Positions 27,454 through 41,694 are shown, counted from the first letter of the stretch. The stretch is DNA of 64,000 nt from Torpedo marmorata (GCA_977017645.1 OZ360227.1:126790001-126854000), one strand, 5' to 3'. The notes: generated by a model from the sequence alone, not told the origin. Made by a program: numbers and translations.

Positions 27454-28168
27454 ATTCAAGTTCAAGTTCAAATTCAAGGTTATTATTATCATGCAATTGT
27501 ATAAGTACAACTGGACAAAATACTGTTCTTCAGTCTTTGGTGTTAAAACATGTAAACACATATATAGACATGACACACATATTTACAAGCTATTTATATG
27601 CAGTACATATATAAAAATAAATAAAATTTTGTTAAATAAATAGTAGAGACTCGGCGTGATTGTATGAGCAGTTCATCAGTCATTCAGCAGTCTCACTGCC
27701 TGTGGGAAGAAACTGTTTCTCAGCCTGGTGGTCCTGGCTCTGATAGTCCTGTATCCCTTCCTCGATGGGAGTAGCTGGAAGATGCTATGTGCTGGGTGGT
27801 AGGGGTCCTTAATGATTTTGCGAGCCTTCTTCTGACAACGATCCCGGTAGATCACATCGATGGGGGGGGGGGAGGGGGGATGGGAGACCTCAGTGATCCT
27901 CTCTGTCGCTCTTATTGTCCTGTGGTTTGACCTCCGATCCAATGTTCTGCAGCAACCGTACCACACTGTGATGCAGAAGGCCAGGACACTCTCGGTAGAG
28001 CTCCTGTAGAAAGTTGACAGGATGGTGGCCGGTAGTCTTGCCTGCCTCAGACCTCAGGAAGTGTAGTCGCTGTTGTGCCTTCCTGACAAGTGAGGAGATG
28101 TTGTGTGTCCAGGATAAGTCACTACTTAAGTGGATTCCAAGGAACTTGGTGCGCTCTACTCTCTCCAT
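27454..28168 (-). mobile_element. Rex/Babar-type LINE 3' fragment
   Basis: ERVERTKFLGIHLSSDLSW...KAQQRLHFLR; LLPS...RLRNSFFPQAVRLLN; (ttgaac)n tail. Confidence 0.88.
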
Positions 28169-29149
28169 GAGTTATTGTGATTTTTATTGTCATCCGAATC
28201 ACCATTCCTCCCAAGCCCTTGAATTGGATGTCTGCCTCTCTTCCTTCATTGTTATTGGGACATTATGGTAAAAATTCCTCCGGGCTGTTCCATCATCATA
28301 AGCTCAGGACTGTTCATGAATAATTGGAGAATTCCATTTCACCTGCTCACAAAATAAACCATACTAAGACCTAACATTCAAGCACAGGATGATCCAAGCA
28401 AGAAACATTTGCATCACATAAACAATTGAACAGAACCTCAACTGGATCAACAACATAAATACATGGCTTCATATCAGATATTCAGGTGCATGATAAAACA
28501 CCTTTACTTGACTGAATAAATGCAGCTCCATGAACACACAAAAACTCAGAAGAAGGCATCTTACCTGATTGGCACCACCCTAAATAGTCAGTCCACCATT
28601 GCTACATCCTAGTTACTATGCACATCATCCACAAAATGCACAGTAATTACTGAAAAAGAGTATTCCATCAACATCCCCGAAACTTGTAACCCCCACCAAC
28701 AAGGAAGGCAAATGAAGCAGGCTATGAGGGTGCCTCCTCTTTAAGTTATATTACTTCCAGATTTGTTCCCTCACTGTCACTATATGTTTCTCCAGGCACT
28801 CCCTGTACAGCAGCACCACAAAAGTACATTCACCAGGAGGACTGCAGCATTTCAAGGTGGTTGCTCACCATCACCTTCTCAAGGGCAATTAAGGATAGAT
28901 ATTGAAAGCCAATTCAGTTTTGCATTTCACCATTTTTTGTGCTCTCTCTAATTGTACTCCTTATCAACCACACAGGTTTGTAAACAGCACATCACTACAA
29001 AAGATAGCATCCTGTCAGAAATATTCCCTTTCCCTATCTATACAGATTCCATCTTCTCTGTAACTAAAAACAAACTTTTAACACCTCTTCAGTTTTAATG
29101 ATGCATTTTCAGCTTGATATGTCGTCTGCTGTTTCTCTTTCTGTTTCAC

Positions 29150-29380
29150 TCAGGTAAAGATATATAACCAATATTTTGGGCCTGAGCTCCTCTTCAAGGT
29201 ATGAGTAAAAGATTTCAGTCGCCTGCCTGCGTTCCACTCATTCCTTGAAGAAGGGCTTAGGCCCGAAACATCAGTCATATTTCTTTACCTCCTATGGACG
29301 CTGCAAGATCAGCTGAGTTCCTCCAGCATTTCTATGTGTTTTTACTACAATCACAGCATCTGCAGACTTTCATGTTTCAC
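29150..29380. mobile_element. Inverted pair of Penelope terminal repeats with hammerhead-like cores
   Basis: gggcctgagctcctcttcaagg (minus core) faces ccttgaagaagggcttaggcccgaaac (plus core). Followed by gctgagttcctccagcatt. Confidence 0.7.
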
Positions 29381-29591
29381 TCTTTCCAAAGATGCTGACT
29401 GTTCTGCTGAGTGTTTTTAGTATTTTCTATTTTTATTATAAGATGCAGTAACATGGCAGCTAAGATACCAGATGAGTATCTGAAGGTCTGGACCATTGAC
29501 ATTGATAGCCGAGTTTGACTCCCACTGTGACAAATTGGGAAAATATATTCAATGAAATGCCTGGAATTAGAATGCATGTAACAGTAAAGGC

Positions 29592-31735
29592 CAAATATCG
29601 TCAAAATTTTCTTTGACACGATCTACGAGACAGGGATGTCCCCTGTCACCAGCTTTATTTGTTTTGGCAATAGAACCTTTGGCTGAATTAGTTAGAAAAG
29701 ATCCTAAAATAGTGGGTATCAAAGTTGGTATGGAAGAACACAAAATTAGTTTGTTTGCAGATGATGTATTGATATATATGACAAAATCTATTATATCACT
29801 TCAACAATTATCTATTATATTAAGAGAATATGGTGAAATATCTGGATATAAAATTAATTCAGATAAGAGTGAAATAATGGCTTTATCTCAAGGTGATTAT
29901 ACTAGATGTAAAGAAGTAACACAATTTAAATGAGCTAAAGAGGGAATTAAATATTTAGGGGTTAAGGTTGATACAAAATTGGAAAATTTATATAAATTAT
30001 ATTACTTACCATTATTTGTGAAAATAAAGAAAGATTTAGAGAATTGGAAAGATTTACCTATAACTTTAATGGGAAGGGTAAATTGTATTAAAATGAATAT
30101 TTTTCCAAGAGTTCAGTATCTTTTTCAATCAATTCCTTTTGGAATTCCTTAAAAAATTTTTAAAGATTTAAATTTTATTATTAGGAAATTTTTGTGGAAA
30201 GGAAAGTTAGCAAGAGTAAGTATGGAAAAGTTAACTTGGAATTATGAGTTGGGTGGATTGCAACTTCCTAATTTTCAAAATTATTATAAAGCAGCCCAAT
30301 TAAAATTTGTTAATGAATTTTTGGATTCAAACAAAACTTCTGCTTGGATTAAAAGAGAGTTAAATAATATAGGAGAAAATTTTAAAGAAGAGATTATTTA
30401 TAAATGGGATTCTAAATTAATATCAGTAAAAAAGAAAAATTCACCAATTATTAAACATTTGTTAGAAATATGGGGTAAGACGGATAAAGAGATAGGTGGA
30501 AGAGGATTAATTTCTTCAAATATGCTTTTATATCAAAATGGACTTATTCCATTTACTATTAATAATCAGTTATTTAGAATTTGGTTTCAAAAAGGTATTA
30601 AGAAGATTAATGATTGTTTTGAAGCTGGAAGACTTATTACGTTTCGAAGAATGAAAGGTAAATTTAATATATTAGATAATACATTTTTAGCTTATTATCA
30701 AGTTAAAGCTTTTTTAATCGAGAAATTAGGTCATGCTTTGATTTTACCAAGACAAAATGAATTAGAATTATTAGTTACTAATGGAGAAGTTAATAAATTT
30801 ATTTCTCAAATGTATAAATTGTTTCAGAAGAAAATGCCTAAAGTAGGAATTCATAAATCAAGATTAAAGTGGGAATTAGATTTGAATGTAAGAATAGATG
30901 AAAATCATTGGAAAGAATTATGTAAATTAAGTATGACGAAGATTATCAATGTTAGATATAGATTAGTACAATATAACTTTTTTCATCAATTATATTTAAC
31001 ACCTAAAAAATTAAAGAAATTTAATCCGACATTATCAGGTTTATGTTTTAGATGTAATAATGAGGAAGGTTCTTTTGTACATTCTACATGGTTTTGTCCA
31101 AAGATTCAAGATTTTTGGTTGAAAGTAAAAAAAATTTTAGATAAAGTATTTAATATTACATTTCCAATGGATCCTATGTTATTTTTATTTGGAGATATTA
31201 GAAAAATTAGTATTAAAAAGAAATTAAATATGTTTCAAGTAGAATTTTTACAAATTGCTTTAGCAGTTTCGAAAAAATGCATTGCTATTATTTGGAAATC
31301 TGATTTAGATTTAGGATTAGAAAGATGGCATGCAGAACTCCGTTCGTGTATACCACTGGAAAAAATTACTTATAATCTACGTAATAAATATCATTTCTTT
31401 TTGAAAATTTGGAGCCCATATATGAGAGCTGTGGGTTTAAGGATTTGAAAATCTCTAGATATCGGATCTACTGGCAAACTTGACCTCCGTAATAGAATTA
31501 GTTTATAGATGATATTCCCCTTACTCTATCTTTTCCTTTCTTTCTTTTTTTTTCTATTTTTATTTTTACTGTTACTTTATATTATTAGATTAGTGGGGAT
31601 GGGTGGGTTAGGGAGGGGAGGGAGGAGGGGGGGGTGAAAATATATCACATGTATTTTGATAATTTTATATTTTATTCTATGTATTTTGTGATTTAAAAGT
31701 TTAAATACAAAAATTTAAAAAAAATTAAAAAAAAC
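29592..31735 (+). mobile_element. AT-rich L1 copy, 5'-truncated at GQISSKF
   Basis: 12-bp TSD aacagtaaaggc (29580-29591, 31736-31747), [16 protein letters not shown] region, G-rich 3'UTR and A-tail. Confidence 0.95.
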
Positions 31736-32264
31736 AACAGTAAAGGCAATGAAGAATCAGCTGAGTCTCATTAAAATCAAATTAGCACATTATGTTCTTA
31801 AAAAAAAAAAACCTGGTACCCTTACCTGGCCTAGCCTATATTTGACTGCAAATGCCCCAATGTTATTGTCTCTTAATTCCCCTAATGTGTAATTAGAGTT
31901 GGACAAAAAATGGTGTTTTGTCAGGTGAGATCCACATCGTGTGAAACAGAAGTTGAGTTGCACACTGAGTTGCAATTGATGATGCAATCCCACAACTTTT
32001 AACCTTTTCATGAAGGACACTGAGTCAAAGTTTTTAAATTGATGAAAGATGTATCAGGGGGCCATTCTGATTCTTGGCAGTTTCTGCAACTCTGTGCAAA
32101 AGCACAGCATATTCTGCACAAGAGCAAAATTCAATGAGTTTAACACTGATTACACGCAAACATCCAAGGGATATATGTGCAGTGGACATATATCTATTTG
32201 CAACCACATCTAAAACTGAATGAAACTAGTAGACTGAAAGATCAATAACTTTCATAATAATAAA

Positions 32265-32505
32265 TTCAAGATTCAAGATTCCTTTATTGTCATGCAATAG
32301 TACAGAACATGTAATATTTCACAAAATTGCCTTCTGCCTGCCGTAAAGCAGATAAAGAGTCACCATTAGTGTCTCTCGGCACCCCTTAGAGTATGAGAAG
32401 CAAAAGAGAGTCCCTTCAGAGTCACTGACTGTCCATGGATTCATCTCCAGCACTCCTGCAGCCTCTGCAGCCACACAAACTCCTGCTCAACCCATCGGCA
32501 ACCCG
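32265..32505 (-). mobile_element. 3' fragment of the same retroposon family as 235-1050
   Basis: attcaagattcaagattcctttattgtcatg...gagagtcccttcagagtcactga aligns by eye with 235-390. Confidence 0.65.
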
Positions 32506-35500
32506 AGCTAATAATAATAATAATACTCTTGGCCAAAGAAACTTAATTGAACAATATTTTTCTATTTCATTGGCCATATCTAACAGTTCTTTTGAAGGTG
32601 GTGATTGGTTTTTAGCTTTTGAATATACTGAGCTGCACTTCAGCCATCATCTTTCCATACACAGGAAAACAAGAAGAGATTGGTTAATTTTACATCGCAA
32701 GTGGTGCCACAGCACTTAGACTTGTGACATTTCATGACACAGGTTTCAACCTCCCATAAAGAAATGTCACAAGTCAGTATAAAGTTTATCCTGCTTTTTA
32801 TTTCAATAAGGAGCACTCATGAGCTCTCCATTGTGTTTAAAAGGCATACACGGGGCCCTGCAATGAAACTATTGCATAATCTTTTATTCCAGGTAAGCAG
32901 GTACAGAATTTTGGAATGGGATGCTTTTGATGGACGAATGTTACTATCACGTGGAATGTATATACTATTTCAGAAAATTATTTCTAGAGATACAGCAAGT
33001 TACATAATTGTGTATTGTGGCATGTTATTATTTCTGAAGCTAATTTCTGGCAATAATATTTGGCAATAAATCTGACAAAATACTAAATTCAAAACAAACT
33101 GGTTATTTATTAAGTCTGTCATTGTGTTGTATTATATGAAACTATTCTTATGCCTGAGTACTTTCAGGGAATAACTGTATATCAGGAAAGAATGCAGTTA
33201 AAAATTGGAACCAGACTGAAATATGTAAGTGATTAAATAACTAACATTAAATTTATCCTGACAAATATAAAATATTAGCTGAAAATCATGAGTGATATAA
33301 ATGTGAAATCTTCTGTAATTTGGAAAAGACTAAAAACTTCATTTAAATTGGGTAATGAAAAGGGATTAAAGAAATTTCAATTTCTGAAATCAGTGACATA
33401 CATATCGATATACAGAGAATATAAATGCATAATGTGACTTGAAGATCAGGTGGACAAGAGGAAATACATTTGTAAAAAGTAATTTTAAATGTAAGAAAAC
33501 AATTCTAAACCCCAAAATATCTTGCTCAAATCACCAGTGAATACATGCTGGGTGGGACCAGATTACAGGTAGGTGATTTTTGAATGGGCTGAATAATCTT
33601 AGATTTTTTTTCCTCTGTTATTTTTCTATTAACATAATCAAGAAAAATGCATGTAATTGAATGGAAGTTAATGAATTCAATTTTCTACACTATTTGTCAC
33701 TACTATCTTCCATGATATCTGGGAAAACATGAATATAAGTCAGCCATCTTAATTTTTGTTTGCAAATGTCCTTATGAATACCCACGGTCTATTGGCAAAA
33801 CTGGCAACAAGTCATCAATGTACCCTCTCAGCTTGGTAGAACATGTAAGGTGGACCAACAGAGAAGACAATAATAAATAATCAAAAATGTGTGTTAAAAT
33901 AAAAAGCTAAAGATATTATATTCACTAAACACTGATCCAGAGACTGGTAATTTAAAAAAAAGAGGATTATACATTCAAATAGGGGAACATAAGATGCATT
34001 TGGAAGCCTTAGAAAGAAAGAGTTGTTTCACTTATGGCGAGCATTTAAATAAAACACCACTGGCCAGCATTTTTCACAAAAAAAATGACAATCTGCCATT
34101 AAATGAGTGGCAGTGATAAATAATAACTGCACTGCCATAGATTCATCTTATAAAACTTGCAACTCCCATAGCTCTACAGCCCTGCAGCTCAGCAAGATTT
34201 AGGCTGGCCCAGCCTGACAGAAAACAGATCAAAAAAGAAAAAACAAAAAGAAAACACACAATAACCTTGAAAATGTGTGTTTTTCCAGAATTACTTTACT
34301 AAGTCTATAGTGCTACTATCAGTAAATTCTTAACAATTTTTATTTATTGTAGACAATGAGATTTAAATTGATTTTAATGGTAAAGAATGGTAATGACATT
34401 AAACACAGTTGTAAAATTCTGCCAGAAATTTGCTGATGACTTTTTTGTGACCTACTCCAGTTTATACAAAACAGAAGAGGCTAATTAACCTCTGTGGACT
34501 TCAATAGCTTTTTGCACTAGAAATTAAACAATTGTGATTTTTATTCAGGGCACTATGAAATGTTATTGTCACTCTGCGTTTACTGAGTTATACCGAATAA
34601 AAATGAGTACTGGATGCAGTTATCATTTAAATTTAATTCCTTCTTTAAAATGTTCAACATAGGACATTGTTATTATCAAAAAATGTGACAACTTATCTTC
34701 TACCTTATCTCATTTGCTGCAATCTTTAAGCATAATTTCTTTAAATCAAATAACTACCTGAGTTGCAAATAAATAGAAAAAATAACAAACATTGTATTAA
34801 TCTAAGCAACCTATGTATGTATGATTGATAAACTTATTATTTTTCAAAGCCACATTTTGCTTTATGAATGCAGCTAAGTGGGGACTAACCCAATTTTTCA
34901 TTAACTGCTTTATATTGGCAGAGAAGATCTAACATAAATAAAGTGTTTAAAAATCAAGAGAAGTTTGAAATATTTTGCTCAATAAAACATATCTGGGTTT
35001 TTGTTCATGTTTATATGGAGTATAATTTTATTGTATTATAACTGCATTACTAAAAATAATTAAAGTAGAACATGATTACAATCTGCATCAAGGATAATAT
35101 GGACATAAAAATAATTTTCTCTCTGTTCTTCACCAAAATACGCAGTCTTCTGCAAAACGGCAAAGTGAATAAGTGAAAATTGTCAACCTGCCACACACCA
35201 CACCTGATTTTTTTTATTGATGCCAGTGGATGCTGATTCATTATTGGTCATTTTTCAGTTCACTGTTCATTGATTTCACCCACATCACGTCAAGATAAAT
35301 ATAATGGTCAAATATATTTTTCTAATTTTGAACTGAAGATTATTTTCTTCATCCGTTTTGTCTGGGGCATCAGTCACCATTCCCTGGGCAAGAGGACAGA
35401 AATGATCAGCTTCCTAGTCTCTGGATACACAACTCTATAAGCAGTTTGAGAGCAACCTGAAGTGACTTAAATGATTATTTTCTCTCCTTCCCTAAGGAGT

Positions 35501-35920
35501 TTTTACTTGCTGCATTCCCCAGATGATCAAACCAAAGTCAGGAACTATTGGTGGGGTAAATCATCATCCTATCATTTCAATTCGGAGTGAACTGAAACAC
35601 TGCTCACTGCCATCACCCCCAAGCAGCTAGATGATCTTAACATTTTAAATACGAAAGCATAATAGATCATATATTTAGAACACACTCAAATTGTAAAATT
35701 AGAATTCTATTTACTATAATAAAATTACATTTTAATGATTGCATTATTACTTAAGTAGAATTGAGTTTACATTTGAGTTGCATGTAGAAATCTTTGGTTA
35801 AAAATGCTTTTTAAATATTTTAAAACATTCAAACCTTACAGAATTTTTTAAAAATTGCAGGAGAGATTTTACAGGTAAACATTCCTTGCAGTGGAGCTTA
35901 AGAATTTTATTCTGTGTTTA

Positions 35921-35940
35921 AACTGCCCCCTACTGCCCAA
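35921..35940 (-). promoter_or_regulatory. Candidate CTCF site
   Basis: Minus strand ttgggcagtagggggcagtt resembles the CTCF core, set in an otherwise very AT-rich, TE-poor block. Confidence 0.45.
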
Positions 35941-38177
35941 TGGACATAAAGAACCAATGTAAATGGGATTGTAGTGATAATAAAAGGCACAAAATCCAAA
36001 TATACTCATTGCATGTATCAGATTTTAAATGTTCAAAATATCTCCACCATTTATGTGCACTCTAAAATGAAAAAGGCAATTCTCACCATATTTCGCTAAG
36101 GAATTAGTCTTACTGGGCTTCAGATATTTCTGCTCTCTGTGGAATTACCCACTTGCTTGAGTCAGAATGACTTTTTACAGTTCTCAGTCAAATTCTTGGA
36201 AAGACTGCGATTTTTAAAAAAATGTTCCCCTGGTCTGATTTATATAATTTACCTTAACTTTTTTTTTATCTAACCGCCATCCTGAACTCATGAAGTGATG
36301 TTGAAGGATGTTTTCCATATTTCTTGCAAAGGGTAATTAGATATTGCGCAATGCATAGGCACAAATAGGAAATATATGAAGAAGATTTTTTATAAAATAT
36401 TCATTTCTATAATGAGTATATAAAATATAAAATTATTTATTGTTTAACTCTCAGTCTTATCTTGCAGTGAAATATTAATTATATTTTGGAAACTGTGGGG
36501 AAACTCATTTTAGCTCTGCAAAAGAAATTTGAACAGTGTGCAGAGATCAATAAGATTTAATTTTAACATCTCAAGAGCTTATATGTACAAAAAAAGCAAT
36601 GACAAAGTAAGCAATGGTTTATTGTCCATTTAGTTATTACTTGAAAAGTCCAGTATTGTGAATATTTGGTATTATCAATTTTATCTTTTATCATTTATTT
36701 TCCGCATGAATAAATGCTGGAGAACTTTTATTTTTCATTCTCACGTCAGAGGTTTCTCTGAACTCAAATATGTAAAAGGTTCATTGCCTCTTCCTTAGTT
36801 AAATGCTGCTGACCAACAAAGCTATTAGTTAAATAGATAATTACTTTTTTAGCTTTATAATTTAATTGCATCAGTAAAGAGGATTTATAATGCATTTTAA
36901 TTATTTGCACCAGGTGACCCTTGTAAAAAGCTTTACAGTAGAGCCTCTATAATTAGCTTGTCATAGACCAGTTTGACTATTGCCTTGTTGTCCTTTTCAT
37001 GGTTAGTCACTACATGACTAGCATTCTAAAAACCACATATAATAAACTCTGCAACAGTTTAAAAAAAGCACTAAAATATGTGCATAACTGACAAGTATAC
37101 TATGGCCATCCTAATTTGCGATGGTTCTGCTTGGCATGTCGTGGGAGACTCCCCAGGGTTTTGTGAAGTCGTCCCACTCCAGGATTTCAAATGGATCTCA
37201 CCCTAAATGGTTGAAGAGAGAGCTCTTTCCCTAGGGTAGGTAATTAGCTTATGCTACGGCACACCACCTGATCTAATTCCATTTGCTTTATGTTTACTAA
37301 AAAAATACAAAGACCCAGATTAGAAATCTTCTAAAATATCTAAATGAGGTATTAATTCAGTGAGTTTATAAAAATGTTCAAAGTAAATTGGACTTACACA
37401 TTAAAGTACTGTTGACAAACCATTAAGGATGTGAACCATTTTATATTACTAAGTGACAATCTATTAAAAATTGGTTAAGGCAGATAGAGCAAATTATATT
37501 ACCGTTGGTCTTTAATGTCTATATGCTTCATGTGTTTTCACTGTATATTACTTTTATCTCTGTGGTTTTTAATGGAAAGCAATTTGGTAAAGAAGCAATT
37601 TTCATTTACTTATATTATGCAATTATGAAACAAATTAACCTTACTGGTCTTAATTATGTTTAGTTCCATATGGCTGATCAAGCAATTTATATTCTATTAC
37701 ACTTTAGAAATTAACAACCTTGTTATAATTTTCAGAGGAACATGTATTGTCTTTTAATAGGTGCATCCCTGGATGAAAGATAGAGCAGACTACAAAACAT
37801 ATTAGCTGGGGACAGAAATACCCAGTATTTTATTTAGATAAAAATCAATGTAATATTCCTGATTTCTGAATTTCCTAATTATTATTTATTGCCATGAAAT
37901 ATGCTGAAAGATAGTATATGCAGGTTTCATCAGCAACTAACGGCAACAGGCCCTGCCTTGATCAAGTCAGAGAGAAGGATAACTCTAAACAGATGGAATT
38001 CTGGGGCAAAAACCAATGCCTCATTTTTACAGTTTGTTTCCATATTCCAATGGGTACTATTGGGTAGAGTTCTTATGTCCAGATGCATGTGACAAAAATT
38101 CAATCTTTTACAGGCTTCTTTGAGCCTTAATTTCAACTTCTTTGAAAGTTAAATTATTTCCCTCTCTTCACGTCCAA

Positions 38178-38437
38178 TGTAAATTTAAATTTAAATTTAG
38201 ACATACAGCCCAGTAACAGGCCCTTTCGGCCCACGAGCCCATGCAGCCCAATTACACCCAATTGACCTATAATCCCTGTATGTTTTGAACGGTGGGAGGA
38301 AACCGAAGCCCCCGGGGAAAACCCACGCAGACACGAGGAGAACATACAAACTCTTTACAGACAGCACGGAATTCGAACCCCTGTGCTGATCGCTGGCGCT
38401 GTAACAGCGTTGTACTAACTGCTACGCTAACCGTGTC
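38178..38437 (-). mobile_element. tRNA-derived V-domain SINE
   Basis: Reverse complement of the 1849/5620 family (acggttagcgtagc, ggttcgaattcc, V-domain, taaatt tail). Confidence 0.88.
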
Positions 38438-39630
38438 GCTCAATGCATGTGTTTTAAATAATATGTTGTCATATTGGAAAGAAAACTCACATTCTAAGTC
38501 TTAAGATTCATAAAAATAAGTACAGTGAGGCACTGTGATAAAATCGCAATACCTGCTGCATTTATGTAAATCAAGTGCCAAACCTCCATATTATCAGGAA
38601 CAAGGTTTACTTCATACCCTGGCTATCATTGTGTGATAAATCTGTACATTTTTAAATAACTCTCATTCCGTCTACAACACTATCTAAACAGCAAGGCTAC
38701 CGATAATATGAAGTGAGGCTTAATTAGTTTACTGCCCAGAAATAGAGCACTGTTCCCCAAATGTAGGTCTATTATTAAAGATGCTGTTCATCTGCAGTAA
38801 AACATGGATGGTGGCAAACTTAAATCCTATTTTATACATCTTTTCAGTTGAAATCATTGCTACATTTTTCCCTTCCTCTCAGCTACTTTGTATTTCCTTC
38901 TTAGATTGCTGATGTCAGTAGAGTTGTCAGCCAGCTTATTAGTGTCAAGCCACGCCTCGTCATGTGGTTATTTTTGTTGAGATACTGGGAAAACAACGTG
39001 ATTTTATTTTATCTCACGAGTTCCCCAGGACATTTAGAGGAACTAACACATAAGCAAAACCTGTAATGACTTCATCCTCTGCAGGTCTTTTCTGAATCAA
39101 TTGGACCTGACAACAAACCAGCATTCTTTTTCTGGTCAAATTACCAAACGCAATAACCCAGAATTTGATGTCAATTGTTATGCAATGACATTTCCTGTTG
39201 GTTATGGATAAAGTTCCCCATAAAGATCTAGTGATCTCCTGGTCCAGAATTTCCCCTTTTCCGAATCCAGGCACTGTCAGTAGAAACCACAAACTTCTAG
39301 TAGCAGTGATGTCATCAGTCTAATTGGCAAACCAGTCATACTAAAGAATTCTCACACACAACCAAACAGGGCACAAATGTTAATACACATTTTATGAACA
39401 ATGCTAAAAAGTGGAACATATCTTTATAGCCAAATTAGAATCTGAACTATAATCAACAAATTTTCAAAACATTTTCTAATGATGGTATCCCTTGGGAAAG
39501 AAATGCATTCTGTTGCATGCGCTAAATATAATCGTGGTAACACCAATACTTACATTTCTGAAATATGGTTCCATTCCGTTCCATGAAACCAAATTTCAGA
39601 AGCAGAGTTCTAAGGGCAAATATTTCACGT

Positions 39631-40643
39631 TATTACGAGGCATTTCATTTTAGTGTGACTGTCACATTAAGAGTTATCAAATTGAGAGCTAGTATAAGCT
39701 GCGACCATTCCCAACTATGGAGGGAACTGAGTTGGCAACAATCAGGGACAGACTGTGCCCAAGGTTTATCCTCTGGAGGAAGCGAAGGAACATTTGTTGC
39801 TTTTGTCCAGGCACAGGTGTGGAGAGACATGTGAGTGAAACATTTAAAGGAATAACACACTAGGTGATCAGGGGCCATTTTAAAGAAACAGCACTTTGGG
39901 CAGCAGCCATCTGAAGGGACTGTGCTGGAGTGGCTCTGTTTGGTAATGGTCAATTTGTTTGTTTCTCCTTGTCAGGAGAAGTTTTGATCCCCACCGTGAC
40001 CAAAGGAAGGATCATTTTTGAAGGGGAATTAGTGTACCACACCGTGACCAAAAGAAAGGTAATTTTGAAGGGGAATTATTAAATCCCACCGTGACCAAAG
40101 GAAAGGTCACTTTACTGACCTGTATTCGGGTATTGGAAGCAGGAGAAATACTGCATTTGGATTGTGACCATTGTGATGGTCATTTTGGACTGACCCGCAT
40201 CTGGGTTCTGGAAGTATTGTGAAAGTCACTCGTTTCGGTTCCTCTATGAAAGGAAAAGGGGAATTGTGACCACCAGTCGTCTGAAAGGACATTCGCTCTG
40301 GAAGTAACTCGTCAAGGTTTTGTGAGTTTTCTGCAGTCTGTCACTCGGTCTCTCCCACCTCATTCGTAATCACTTCTTTGCATCAGTTTAAGAGTCTTCG
40401 AGTCAACACTGGATTTCTAAGACTGACTTTGGAATAACTTTCCAGAATTGTGCCTAAGCTGTAATGGTTTTAGGTATCACACACACACGTATAAGTATAT
40501 TCACGCATAGTGGGGGTTAAGTTTTGATAAGTTTAGATAAGTTAGATAAGGTGTTATATTATTAGTAATTAATAATAAAAATATTATTTTAAAAATAACA
40601 CTGTCTTTGTGAATTTCTATTGCTGCTGGTCTGTGACGTAACA
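39631..40643 (+). mobile_element. 5' LTR of a Gypsy-type retrotransposon
   Basis: tattacg...cgtaaca imperfect terminal inverted ends, homology to the solo LTR at 3036-3923, and a downstream PBS. Confidence 0.82.
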
Positions 40644-40647
40644 TAAT

Positions 40648-40665
40648 TGGGGGCTCGCCTGGGAT
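40648..40665 (+). promoter_or_regulatory. tRNA-Pro primer binding site
   Basis: tgggggctcgcctgggat versus canonical TGGGGGCTCGTCCGGGAT (2 mismatches), 4 nt after the LTR end. A likely gag ATG follows at ~40797. Confidence 0.85.
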
Positions 40666-40866
40666 AGCACGAAAATTGGAGCTTATTGATCGATTAATTT
40701 TTGATTTGATTGATTAAAGAAATAAAAAGGAATTTAATCAATTTCACTTCTTTTTGAAGGCCAATTAAAAGGCTTGTGTGTGGAAAAACAGCAGCAATGG
40801 ATATTGGAGTTTTTATTTCTTTCTTTTTCAATCTTTTTTATTGATTTTTATAAGAAATACAATACA

Positions 40867-41694
40867 CTTTATTCCATATTTCTAACAAGTGCTTTAAAAT
40901 AGGAGAGTTTTTACCTCCTCTTAATAGTAATTTAGAATTCCATTTATAAATAACTTCTTCTTTCAAATCCTCTCCTATATTATTTAATTCTATTCTAATC
41001 CAAGGAGAAGATTTTCCTAAATCAAACATTTCATTAATAAATTTTAGTTGAGCTGCTTTATAATAATTTTGAAAATTGGGAAGTTGTAAACCTCCCATTT
41101 CGTACTCCCAAGTTAATTTCTCCATACCCACTCTAGCCAACTTTCCTTTCCACAAAAATTTCCTAATAATTAAATTTAAATTTTTAAAGAATTTTTGAGG
41201 AATTTCATAAGGAGATTTTTGCGAATTGCTTTAGCTGTTTCAAAGAAATGCATTGCTATTACATGGAAGTCTGATGTAGATTTAGGGTTAGAGAGATGGC
41301 ATGCAGAACTTCATTCAGCTATACCACTTGAAAAAATTACTTATAATTTACGTAACAAATATCATTTCTTTTTGAAAATATGGAGCCCATATATAAAAAC
41401 TGTCGGTTAAAGGATTTGAAGTTCTCTGGATATCAGATCTGACTGGCGAACCTGTGTTCCACAATAAAATTAGCTTATAGTTGTTCTTTTTAAATTGACA
41501 TTCTCCTTACTTTATCTTTTTCTTTCTTTCTTTCTTTCTTCTTTTTTTTTTATTAGAATAGTAAGGGTGGGAGGGTTAGGGAGGGGAGGGAGGGGGAGTG
41601 AAAATATATCACATCTATTTTGATAATTTTGCATTTTATAATATGTATTATCGAGTGATTTAAAATTTTTAATAAATTTTTTTTAAATAAAAAA
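40867..41694 (+). mobile_element. AT-rich L1 with 5' inversion (twin-priming structure) in the L1-D 3'UTR
   Basis: 15-bp TSD aagaaatacaataca (40852-40866, 41695-41709). 40867-41213 is antisense ORF2; 41214-41694 is the sense C-terminus, 3'UTR and A-tail. Confidence 0.9.

Noticed and set aside
31790-32020. Minus-strand ORF with a strong donor (cag|gtaagg at ~31826)
   Set aside because: Weak acceptor and no recognisable peptide; insufficient support.
39992-40110. Spaced repeats resembling an array
   Set aside because: An internal tandem triplication of an LTR.
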